DNA of 52,878 nucleotides from a virus. Lineage: Duplodnaviria > Caudoviricetes. Made by a program: the position numbers and the translations under genes. The notes beneath the pieces are model-generated. The model worked only from the letters and a program-made list of their open reading frames with translations. It was not told the DNA's origin and ran no database searches. The first letter of the stretch is position 1, and each line of letters begins with the position of its first letter. Location: positions 1 to 52,878 of the IMG/VR virus record IMGVR_UViG_3300028550_003611; one strand, 5' to 3'. Of the stretch, positions 1 to 8,793 are shown piece by piece.

Positions 1-2
1 AA

Positions 3-3000
3 ACAATTGCATTTATGAAAAATCCAGTTGTTTTAGAAGCCGTTGCTGTAGCAAAAGAATCAATAAATCCTTCTTTACAAAAAGCTATAGTTGGGCCTTC
101 AAAAGGTCAAACTGTAACTGAGATGAAGTCTGAAGACTTAATAGCTTGGGCTAAAGGAGAGAAAGAAATGACTCCCGAAGAAAGAAAGTTGATGCAGGAT
201 AACTTAAGGTTTTTCCACATGAATTCTATTTCTTTAAAGAATTTGTATGACATGGTTACTCCTTTTAAAGTAGATAAGAAGAGTACAATGCATGCTAACA
301 TTGCAATTCTTGATAAATTAAATTTTTATTCTAGTTCTTATGGAACAGGTAGCCAAGAACGACTATGGGGAGGACCTTCTCTTTTAAATAAGTTTATTAC
401 TGGAGATGCGTATCCATCTACAAGAGAGTACTACAAGCATATTAGAAAGAATATTCAGGTAGCAGAGCAATTTGGTCTTATAGGTACACAGCCTGCAGTT
501 ACAGCTGCTAAACGACACATCTTAACTACTGTAGGTAAAGGATTCTTTAATGAGCAAGAGCATAGAGATATGAATTACTCAATTGCTCATTACATTGCTA
601 CAATGCCTGGGTCTCCTATCTTTAATGATGGAGTTGTTTTTGACAAAAATGGGAATGTAACAGAAAGTAATCCAGGTATTATGTCTGAGAGTACTGTGCG
701 TAGAGTTCACCTAGTCCCTGAAGGAAACATTGCTCAAAATCTTGCAACAATTAAAGAGTTGTCAGATTCAGGAAATGTAGCCATTTTAGATCTTATTGAT
801 CCGAAAGAAACTAATATTAATGGGAGAGTTGTGCATTCTGTAACGTTTAATGCTAAGCAATCTAAAGAAGCGTCGGAAAAAAATAGACTTTCTAGAGAGT
901 GGGAGCTTATGATATATGAGCCCGCACTTCTTTTCCCTTCAGCTTCTCCTGAACAATTAGCTATTGTAAAACGATTTGGTAGAGATCTTTTAACAAACGA
1001 GATTATTACTAACGAATTTCGTCCAGGTCCATCTTCTATGTTTGAGTTGATACCTAATAAAATGTTAGACGATTTAGGTATTTCAGAGCATCAATCTAAG
1101 ATTTTAAATAGCTTAGGGGATGCAACATCTCTTTCTGATTTTACAGATAATTTTAATAGTAGTTATGCACTTAGGACGTACGGAGGTAATACATTGTATC
1201 CTAAAGTAAATGGAGATCCTTCCCCAAGTATAATAAAGCAGACATTTCAAAAACATACAGCTATAATTATAGAAGACGCTGCTACTGGTGAAGCTGCAGT
1301 ATACCGTATATCTACAAAAAGAATGCCTGAAAAAGGTAAGACTTATGAGTGGGTAAAAGTTGTCCCTAAAGGATTTAAAGGATACAGTGAGTTAAATGTT
1401 AGAGATGACCGTGGAGCAGATCCATTAGGTAGATCTAAAGGGTTTCTTGCTTTGTCAGCTGTGCCTATAACTAATCCTGCAGAAAGTGATTGGACTCAAA
1501 AAGTAGACTATTCTGGACAACCTGATGGTGTAGTTGGTGTTGAAACTTCTGAAATTAAGAGTGAATGGAATGCTCCTGGACCTACGTTATCTGCTATAGC
1601 TAATAAGACAGATTCTACTCAACAACCTAGTGAGGTTAAAACATTTGATTCACTTGGTAGTGAGCTTGAGTTATTTGGAAATGAAATACAATATAAAGTT
1701 AATGGTTCATTATATGAAGACTATGATACAGCAGAAGAAGCAGCAGAAGCTTTCAAAGCTTTATCTAAACCAACACAACAAAGTAGTAAGAAGACCTTAA
1801 ATAAAGAAGAATTTGAAGAGGCGTCAAGAGCTGCAATGGAAGAGGAAACATTTTCTTCTTTACCTATTGCTGAACAAGTGGAAGCACAGCAAAAAATTGT
1901 TGACGCTATTCGAAGAGAGTTAGATAATGCTGAACAGGGTTTTGATGACTTTAGCAGCATGCTTGCTGAGCAGCTTACAGAATCTTATAATCAAGCTGTT
2001 GAGAAGCTTGCAAAGCTTTCTGCTGAACAAGCAAATAACGAAGGCAGATTATTTTCTAGAGATCTAGGAACAAGTGCTGCAATATCAGAAAGTGCATCTA
2101 ATTCTACACGTAAGGTAAATAAGTTACGTAGAGTGTTTGCAAACGCAGGCATTATGCTTAACATACAATTTAAGTCTTTACCTAAAGGCACAAAAGGTAT
2201 GGTGCAGGGTAAAGAAATACTTTTAGATCCATCTCAACTTACTGAGGATACTGTGTATCACGAGTTTGGGCATATTTTGGTTGACATGCTGCCTGCGGAT
2301 CAGAGGAAGGCGTATGTAGCTATGATAGTGAAAGCCGACCCTGTGTTAGCTGAGATGGTTAGAAAGATGTATCCGGAATTAACTGAAGAGCAGTTAGGAA
2401 CTGAGATACTTGTTACAGCTATTGGAATGGAGGGAGCAAAGTTAGAGAGACAAAATCCTTCACCTATCCAAAAGATAATCAATAAGATTCTTAGGGCACT
2501 TGGTAAGATATTTGGGGTTAGACCTAATGTAGCTGCTGAATTAGCTGAGAAGATGTTTGCTGGGGAGATCAGGGAGCTGTCACTGTCCGGAGTGTTTAAT
2601 ACTAAAGCTCAACAGTCTAGAGACTTGAATGAAGAAATATCAAACTTATCTAGAGATGCTTTAATTGTTCTTGAGTCAGATATAATGAGACTTGAGAGTA
2701 TGCCTGAATCGGATATGCGTAAAAAAGATGTACGCCGTTTGCGGGAGCTCAAGAAGTCTGCTTTAAGATTAAAAGAAAAGAAAGATACATTATCAGTAAT
2801 TTTAGAATTACATGAACATGCAATCGTTCGTATAGACAGAGCTACAAGAGTTTACAATGATGTTCGTGTCAAGATGGACAACTCAGAGAATCTTTCTAAA
2901 GATGAGAAGCTAGAGCTTTTAAATAATATAAATGAAATTAAAGAAGTATTAGATAGCTTGCATGGTAGTAACAACTCTATCCTTAAAAAGATGGAGAGTG

Positions 3001-6000
3001 TAATGAATACTATGTCTCTTAGCGAAGAAGTTGGGGGACCTATATCTGTGATGAGATCTTCTTTACGAGACAGCATCTTTGACTTAGACAGACTAGATCT
3101 TAGCTACAGAGATACTGTTATTCCTCTTATTGCGGAAACTCTTTTAACTTACACTAATGGATCAGTAAGTCCAAAGATTCAAGCTCTTATTGATCATGCT
3201 ATAGCTAATAAGGATATAACCGGTATAAACAGAAAAGATCCTAAGTTTAAAGAACTGCGAGCATCTAAAAAAAATGGTACGTTAACTCAAGAAGATTACA
3301 ATGAAGAACTTCTTAAGTTAAAAATTGAACAGCTAAAAAATAAAATGCCAGAGGTTCAGAACCTGATTGATGAGATGCGTAATGCACACATTGATAAAAG
3401 TGCATTTGCTATGTGGCTAGATCCAATGGTGTATTCTACTGAAGCAAATATTCAGTTATTTTCTCTTGCACTTAAAGATGCTATCTATCAAGGAAACGCA
3501 AAAACTATTGAAGATCTACACGAGGCTGAAGAATTCTACCAAAGATTTAAAACTTTTAAAGGAGGAGACTTTAATGTTAACGAATTTAATAAGGATCTTT
3601 TAGAAGTTTTAGATAGCAGAGATGGGTCTAAGAAAATACTGTCGTTAGTACAAGAGTACGACGTTAAGGACTTCTACTCTAAAAGATCTGCTATGGAGAA
3701 TCAGATTAAAGAAGAGACTGGATGGCCTAAAGATGACAAGGGAGGATTTGTTTACAAAGGAAGTCAAGAGTTTAAAGATTGGCAAAAAACAGTTACAGAA
3801 CTTGAAGACGGTACGAAGAGAATTCTTTACAATGACAAATGGAATCAATACCAAGCAAAGAGAGAGAAGTGGTCGTCTGAAAATACTGTACCTGTAAGAG
3901 GGGCTCAAGAAGCTATAGACAAAATTAATGCTCGTATAGATGAAGTAAACAAAGCTATTGCTCTTATAGGTGAATCTACTTTAGCATCTGATAAAGATAA
4001 ATTATATGCTTTGTATGATGAGTCATCATCATTGGCTGCAGAGAAATCATACTCTTATATATATAACCCTAATACTGGGGGGTACACATTTTCTGGCAGA
4101 CTTGTTAAACCAAATAAATCGTATAGAAATCCTAAGTGGACAGCAATACAAGATAGTCCAGAGCTTAAAGAGTACTATGAGTATGTAATTAACAAGTATC
4201 AAGAGAAGCAAAAGATTACAGGCACAAGAGGTTTAGCGGTTAATGGGTGGGATACGTATTCTTATCAGATGCCTTCAGTTCGTAAAAGCGATATTGAGCG
4301 AGCTCAAAAAAATGGATTAGGTAATACTATATCAGAGCAGGTAAAAAGCTTAGCTACTATAAGAGAAGGAGAAGATGTAGAATGGAGCATGAGACTTGAT
4401 TCTGCAGGAAAGCCTTCTAGAACAGTTCCTCTTTATTACATGAGCTCTATGGATGAGTCTGAAGTTTCTAGAGATGTGCTGTCAAGTGTTTTAACATTTG
4501 GGCATATGTCTCACATGTTTAAAGAAAAGTCTAAGATGTCAGGACTTGTATCTGGGATGCTTAATGCTCATGAAACAAGAGAGACTACTACTGTTAGTTC
4601 TTGGGGAGGATTTGCTAGAGATCAAGTTGCAGAAAAATTAGGGTTTGAAAATACAAAGTCTTCTAGAATAGATCCTAAAAGTAAAAATTTACGTCACCTA
4701 CAAGAATTTATAGATGCTAATTTTTACGGTATGCACAACAAACAAAGTTCCCAGGATATATTTGGGCAGACTGTAGATTTAAACAAAATAGCTGGATCCT
4801 TAACTACTTTAACAGCTCTGAATAGTTTAGCAGGTAATGCTTTGCAAGCAAGTAACCAGCTTATATTCGATAACATGAATACTCATGAAGAAGCTGTAGC
4901 AGGTCAATTCTTTAATAAGTCTGATCATGCATGGGCTGTAGGAACATATGCTTCTGAAGGAGCAGCTATAGGAGACCTTGGTAAATTTGTAGCTAAGTCT
5001 AAGCTTGGTCAAGCTATGTTAATGTTTGATGCTATGATTGATAATACAGAGTCTTTAGGTAAAGACGCAACTAGCAACAAATCTCGTAAACTTGCCAGCA
5101 CAAATACTTTATTTGCTTTACAACATGGTCCTGAGCATCAAACTGCAGGTGTAAGAATGCTTTCTATGATGCGTAATATGAAAGGTAAGTTGCAAGATAA
5201 AAATGGGAAGGTTCTTTTAAATGAAAAAGGTGAAGAAGCAGATCTGTGGGATATGCTCATCAAAAACAAAAAAGGGGTTTTAACTGTAGACCCTAGAGTA
5301 GCTAACTTTAGTACAAGTCAGTTCACTAATAAACTTCATGGTATATCTAAAAGAACTAACCAAATTAAAGGGGCATTTGATTCTCCTATGGCTAAGAGAT
5401 ACCCAGCATTAAAGTTAGCGTTGTTATTTAGGAATTACTTTATACCAGGTTGGAGAAAAAAATGGGGTCACGGTGACGGGTATCATGTTGATCATGAGCT
5501 AGGAGATGTTACAAGAGGTTCATATTTATCTTTCTTTGATATGGTTAAAAATTCTTGGACTACTAGAGCAAATCCTTTTGGTGTTTACAAATCTATGAGT
5601 TTAGTAGATCAACAAAATGTTAAAAGGACTATGTATGAAATGGGGATGTGGACCACAATGGGGTTCCTAGTTTCAGCTTTAACAGGGATGGCGGATGACG
5701 ATGATGATGCTACAGCATACGCAGCATCATTTGGTGCTTACCAAGCAAGAAGATTACAGCTTGAGTTAACGTCTTTTATTAATCCTGTAGAATTATTTAA
5801 GACTTTTGATTCCCCAACAGCTGCGTCTAATATTATAACAAAATACATAGGTTTATTTAAACATACTATTAGTTTTTCAGCACCAAGTGTGCTAGGCTTT
5901 GATGTAGATGATAAAGATTTAAACTACCAAAAAAGAACTGGTCCTAATGAAAAAGGAGACAGTAAGTTTTGGGCTAAGGCTGGTAGAATTGTTCCGTTAC

Positions 6001-6059
6001 TAGAAGGATGGAGATCTACTATGACTCCAGAGGAAAAAATAAAGTGGCTACTCAAGTAA
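3..6059 (+). CDS. Giant (>2000 aa) virion-cargo / virion-RNAP-region polyprotein with central zincin metallopeptidase motif; 5'-truncated
   Basis: Frame is open to the window edge upstream of the ATG at 15. HEFGH (HExxH) at ~2259-2273 with downstream E in 'LGTEILVTAIG'; long helical C-terminus. Size and position at the end of the + strand late block match crAss-like ejected proteins. No RNAP catalytic DxDxD motif seen in the window. Confidence 0.65.
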   Translation, partial: TIAFMKNPVVLEAVAVAKESINPSLQKAIVGPSKGQTVTEMKSEDLIAWAKGEKEMTPEERKLMQDNLRFFHMNSISLKNLYDMVTPFKVDKKSTMHANIAILDKLNFYSSSYGTGSQERLWGGPSLLNKFITGDAYPSTREYYKHIRKNIQVAEQFGLIGTQPAVTAAKRHILTTVGKGFFNEQEHRDMNYSIAHYIATMPGSPIFNDGVVFDKNGNVTESNPGIMSESTVRRVHLVPEGNIAQNLATIKELSDSGNVAILDLIDPKETNINGRVVHSVTFNAKQSKEASEKNRLSREWELMIYEPALLFPSASPEQLAIVKRFGRDLLTNEIITNEFRPGPSSMFELIPNKMLDDLGISEHQSKILNSLGDATSLSDFTDNFNSSYALRTYGGNTLYPKVNGDPSPSIIKQTFQKHTAIIIEDAATGEAAVYRISTKRMPEKGKTYEWVKVVPKGFKGYSELNVRDDRGADPLGRSKGFLALSAVPITNPAESDWTQKVDYSGQPDGVVGVETSEIKSEWNAPGPTLSAIANKTDSTQQPSEVKTFDSLGSELELFGNEIQYKVNGSLYEDYDTAEEAAEAFKALSKPTQQSSKKTLNKEEFEEASRAAMEEETFSSLPIAEQVEAQQKIVDAIRRELDNAEQGFDDFSSMLAEQLTESYNQAVEKLAKLSAEQANNEGRLFSRDLGTSAAISESASNSTRKVNKLRRVFANAGIMLNIQFKSLPKGTKGMVQGKEILLDPSQLTEDTVYHEFGHILVDMLPADQRKAYVAMIVKADPVLAEMVRKMYPELTEEQLGTEILVTAIGMEGAKLERQNPSPIQKIINKILRALGKIFGVRPNVAAELAEKMFAGEIRELSLSGVFNTKAQQSRDLNEEISNLSRDALIVLESDIMRLESMPESDMRKKDVRRLRELKKSALRLKEKKDTLSVILELHEHAIVRIDRATRVYNDVRVKMDNSENLSKDEKLELLNNINEIKEVLDSLHGSNNSILKKMESVMNTMSLSEEVGGPISVMRSSLRDSIFDLDRLDLSYRDTVIPLIAETLLTYTNGSVSPKIQALIDHAIANKDITGINRKDPKFKELRASKKNGTLTQEDYNEELLKLKIEQLKNKMPEVQNLIDEMRNAHIDKSAFAMWLDPMVYSTEANIQLFSLALKDAIYQGNAKTIEDLHEAEEFYQRFKTFKGGDFNVNEFNKDLLEVLDSRDGSKKILSLVQEYDVKDFYSKRSAMENQIKEETGWPKDDKGGFVYKGSQEFKDWQKTVTELEDGTKRILYNDKWNQYQAKREKWSSENTVPVRGAQEAIDKINARIDEVNKAIALIGESTLASDKDKLYALYDESSSLAAEKSYSYIYNPNTGGYTFSGRLVKPNKSYRNPKWTAIQDSPELKEYYEYVINKYQEKQKITGTRGLAVNGWDTYSYQMPSVRKSDIERAQKNGLGNTISEQVKSLATIREGEDVEWSMRLDSAGKPSRTVPLYYMSSMDESEVSRDVLSSVLTFGHMSHMFKEKSKMSGLVSGMLNAHETRETTTVSSWGGFARDQVAEKLGFENTKSSRIDPKSKNLRHLQEFIDANFYGMHNKQSSQDIFGQTVDLNKIAGSLTTLTALNSLAGNALQASNQLIFDNMNTHEEAVAGQFFNKSDHAWAVGTYASEGAAIGDLGKFVAKSKLGQAMLMFDAMIDNTESLGKDATSNKSRKLASTNTLFALQHGPEHQTAGVRMLSMMRNMKGKLQDKNGKVLLNEKGEEADLWDMLIKNKKGVLTVDPRVANFSTSQFTNKLHGISKRTNQIKGAFDSPMAKRYPALKLALLFRNYFIPGWRKKWGHGDGYHVDHELGDVTRGSYLSFFDMVKNSWTTRANPFGVYKSMSLVDQQNVKRTMYEMGMWTTMGFLVSALTGMADDDDDATAYAASFGAYQARRLQLELTSFINPVELFKTFDSPTAASNIITKYIGLFKHTISFSAPSVLGFDVDDKDLNYQKRTGPNEKGDSKFWAKAGRIVPLLEGWRSTMTPEEKIKWLLK

Positions 6060-6069
6060 GCAGCAGTAT

Positions 6070-6100
6070 AAAAAAAGGGGACGTTAGTCCCCTTTCTTTT
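6070..6100. terminator. Bidirectional intrinsic terminator between convergent gene blocks
   Basis: AAAGGGGAC-GTTA-GTCCCCTTT hairpin, A-run on the left and T-run on the right, between stops at 6059 (+) and 6100 (-). Confidence 0.9.
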
Positions 6101-6873
6101 TACAACGTTTTAAGAGCTGGTTTATAATATTCAGCATCGAAACCTTCTGTTTTTAAATCAGGTTTACTATGCAACTCAGTGCCTTCAGCTAATTCAACAC
6201 CAATCTTTTCCTCTAAAGAATGTTTTAAGTATTTGCTTTTAAACAGTATCTGACCTGTCTGGCCATCTGCTGCAAAATCATGAAAACTTAATATCTTTAA
6301 CTTCCACATATCGTCTATCTCAGAATATTTCCCATTTACAAAAGACTCGTATGAATCTTGTGCTTCTTTGGGGACATCAAAGATGAACATTACATGATTA
6401 GGATCTGGGTCAAATCTTTCTCTAAAGGTTCTAAATGAACACAATGCAGATTCAAATTTAAGAAACAACATATCTCCAGAGTATCTATAAAGAAGAGCTA
6501 TGCAATTTTTGTGTTCTTCTGTTTGTATAAATGCATTTACAAATAAAGAATCCCACATAAATAGTCTTCTATTTCCCCCAAGAAGTGGGAGAATAAAGAT
6601 ACTACTGTCTGTTAAAGCTGCTGTTATCAAATCATAGCATACAACTTTGTTATCAAATGTTCCTTCTACTATCTTATTTACTTTGTAAGGAGAACTAGGT
6701 GTAACCCTTACGGTTTCACCAATAGCAATTTCAAAAGGTCCTGCTTCTCCAGTACATTCAATAGAAACAATCTCATTGTTTTCTTGTGTAGGCTTGCATC
6801 CTAAAATGTCTCCTAACAATCGCACAGTTCTCCCATTCTGGGGTATCATTGTAGTTATAGGGACTTTTACCAT
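6100..6873 (-). CDS. Hypothetical protein (257 aa)
   Basis: Long ORF overlapping the upstream gene end; no motif recognised. Confidence 0.7.
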   Translation of the reverse strand: MVKVPITTMIPQNGRTVRLLGDILGCKPTQENNEIVSIECTGEAGPFEIAIGETVRVTPSSPYKVNKIVEGTFDNKVVCYDLITAALTDSSIFILPLLGGNRRLFMWDSLFVNAFIQTEEHKNCIALLYRYSGDMLFLKFESALCSFRTFRERFDPDPNHVMFIFDVPKEAQDSYESFVNGKYSEIDDMWKLKILSFHDFAADGQTGQILFKSKYLKHSLEEKIGVELAEGTELHSKPDLKTEGFDAEYYKPALKTL

Positions 6874-7655
6874 AGCTCAGTTTGATTAGGGTCTATTTCT
6901 TCTAGCTCTAAGGAATGTACTTCTAGCTTCGGGAGAGTTAATCCTGTAGCTTTCTTAATATCTTCCTTTGTACGCAACATGTACACTAGATTAAATGTTT
7001 CATAGAATTTATGAATTCCTTCAATCATACCAAACTTTTCGACATACTTTTTTACAGTAAAACTTTCGAAATCTTGAGTTCGACCTTTCAACCAATTGTC
7101 TGCTGTCTTTTCTCCAACACCTGGTAACCCAGGAATACCATCTACAGCATCCCCCATAAGAGTTTGCTTCCAAAGAAACCTATTGGCATCTTCATTAGAT
7201 GTGTGGAGGAATTCGGCAGTTCTATAATTGTAATGCATACCTACACATTGATGTAACACATCTTTATCAGGAGAACAAATAACTGTTTTTCTTTTCTCTA
7301 TGTGAGAATAGTAACTAACTAAGTCATCTGCTTCTAATTCAGAAATACTAATACAATGATATACTTGACGTAAATGCTGCTCAAGAGCATAAAAGATAAT
7401 AGGCTTAGGTCTCCCTTTTCTATTATTTTTATAACTCTCAGCAACAGCATATCTAAAACATCTTCCCTTAGTTAAAAATCCTGAGAATTTGTCTGTATTA
7501 CATTGTTCAAGGATATGATCTATACGTTTGTCAAGACTGTCAATAGCCTCTTCTAACGTAGGTTTACCCATTTCATAGTATATAAGAGAATCAGCATCTA
7601 TTAAACAGATGCTTTCATTTTTTGGAAATCTAGTTACATCAGACATCAATCGCAA
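6867..7655 (-). CDS. 5'-3' exonuclease / flap endonuclease (PolI-N, T7 gp6-like)
   Basis: Motifs LIDADSL, YKNNR, EADD, SPDKD and the H3TH GDAVDGIPGLPGVGEKTA. Confidence 0.9.
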   Translation of the reverse strand: MRLMSDVTRFPKNESICLIDADSLIYYEMGKPTLEEAIDSLDKRIDHILEQCNTDKFSGFLTKGRCFRYAVAESYKNNRKGRPKPIIFYALEQHLRQVYHCISISELEADDLVSYYSHIEKRKTVICSPDKDVLHQCVGMHYNYRTAEFLHTSNEDANRFLWKQTLMGDAVDGIPGLPGVGEKTADNWLKGRTQDFESFTVKKYVEKFGMIEGIHKFYETFNLVYMLRTKEDIKKATGLTLPKLEVHSLELEEIDPNQTELW

Positions 7656-8790
7656 TATATTCTGCGGCTGTGTGTGCTTCTTTATTCCAATTTGTGATTA
7701 ATTCTTCTCTCATTTCTTTCCATTCTTCATCAGTTTTTGCAGCATAGGTTGAACTATGATATATACTACCGTTTACTCCAGACAAACTAGAGTGTACGAA
7801 GTACTGCTTACATCTAATAGCTCCGTCTTGATCATCAGGAACAGCTCCGATGTGCATAGGGTCGATAAAGACATTGTGTATCTCACCACTGTACCAAGCG
7901 ATATACTTAAGACCACCAACGTGTAAACCTTTTACACAAGAAGCCTCATCGTTAGTATTTACTTGAGACCAAGAGTCAAGGTAATGACTACATCCGACAC
8001 GAATAAAGTGACCTAGTTCAGTACCATTAACACCTTCACAGTGAAATGCATCACCTCTATCTCCCATCATAGCTGGTTCAAAGAGTCTTTCTTCTACAGT
8101 ATCAGGTATTCCATCAGAATCAATCTCCCCTGTGTTAGGGTTAAACGTACGCTTGTAACGGTCTACTTGTTCACCTGTTTCTGTATCGTATGCATGCATA
8201 ACTTCTGAGGATACTTTGTAACCGTTAAGTAAACCTTCTTGCGTAATCTTCATCTGGTACATAGTTGCTCTACGTTCAGCAACTTCTTCAGATAACCCAT
8301 GCTCTTCCATAAGCTCTGTTTTTAACTTAGGGTGCACATACTTCATGTTAACGAAGTTAAAGAACCGATTAGAAAAATCAGTTCCTTTCTTCTCCATAAG
8401 AACAGGGTTACGCAACCAACGTGTCCACATCTTAATAAGAGGTGAATAATCTGCTCCTGCATCAATAGATTCATAAATTCTATCTACTAACGCTAAAGGC
8501 ATCGGAACTACAGAAACTTTATCTCCTTGTTTAAGGAAAAATTCTTTAGTTACAGGGTTAATATAGATAAGACCATTGGCCCCGTCTTCAATAACTTTAG
8601 TGTAGTCTACTTGCACTAGATCGTGGCAAGCAGATAAACAGTTATTGTACTCCTCTACAGTTTCCACGCTATTAGCTGTTTCAGCTAATGTTGTTAGTTT
8701 ACCGTAAAGATCAATGTCCATAGGTACAGAGAATGGTGTATCCCCATATGAACCGACGATGTTATCGTCTATAATACTTACATGTATCAT
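7639..8790 (-). CDS. rIIB: RIIB-like protein
   Basis: ITQEGLLNGYKV and SCVKGLHVGG motifs; lies directly downstream of an rIIA-like gene. Confidence 0.75.
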   Translation of the reverse strand: MIHVSIIDDNIVGSYGDTPFSVPMDIDLYGKLTTLAETANSVETVEEYNNCLSACHDLVQVDYTKVIEDGANGLIYINPVTKEFFLKQGDKVSVVPMPLALVDRIYESIDAGADYSPLIKMWTRWLRNPVLMEKKGTDFSNRFFNFVNMKYVHPKLKTELMEEHGLSEEVAERRATMYQMKITQEGLLNGYKVSSEVMHAYDTETGEQVDRYKRTFNPNTGEIDSDGIPDTVEERLFEPAMMGDRGDAFHCEGVNGTELGHFIRVGCSHYLDSWSQVNTNDEASCVKGLHVGGLKYIAWYSGEIHNVFIDPMHIGAVPDDQDGAIRCKQYFVHSSLSGVNGSIYHSSTYAAKTDEEWKEMREELITNWNKEAHTAAEYIAIDV

Positions 8791-8793
8791 TGG

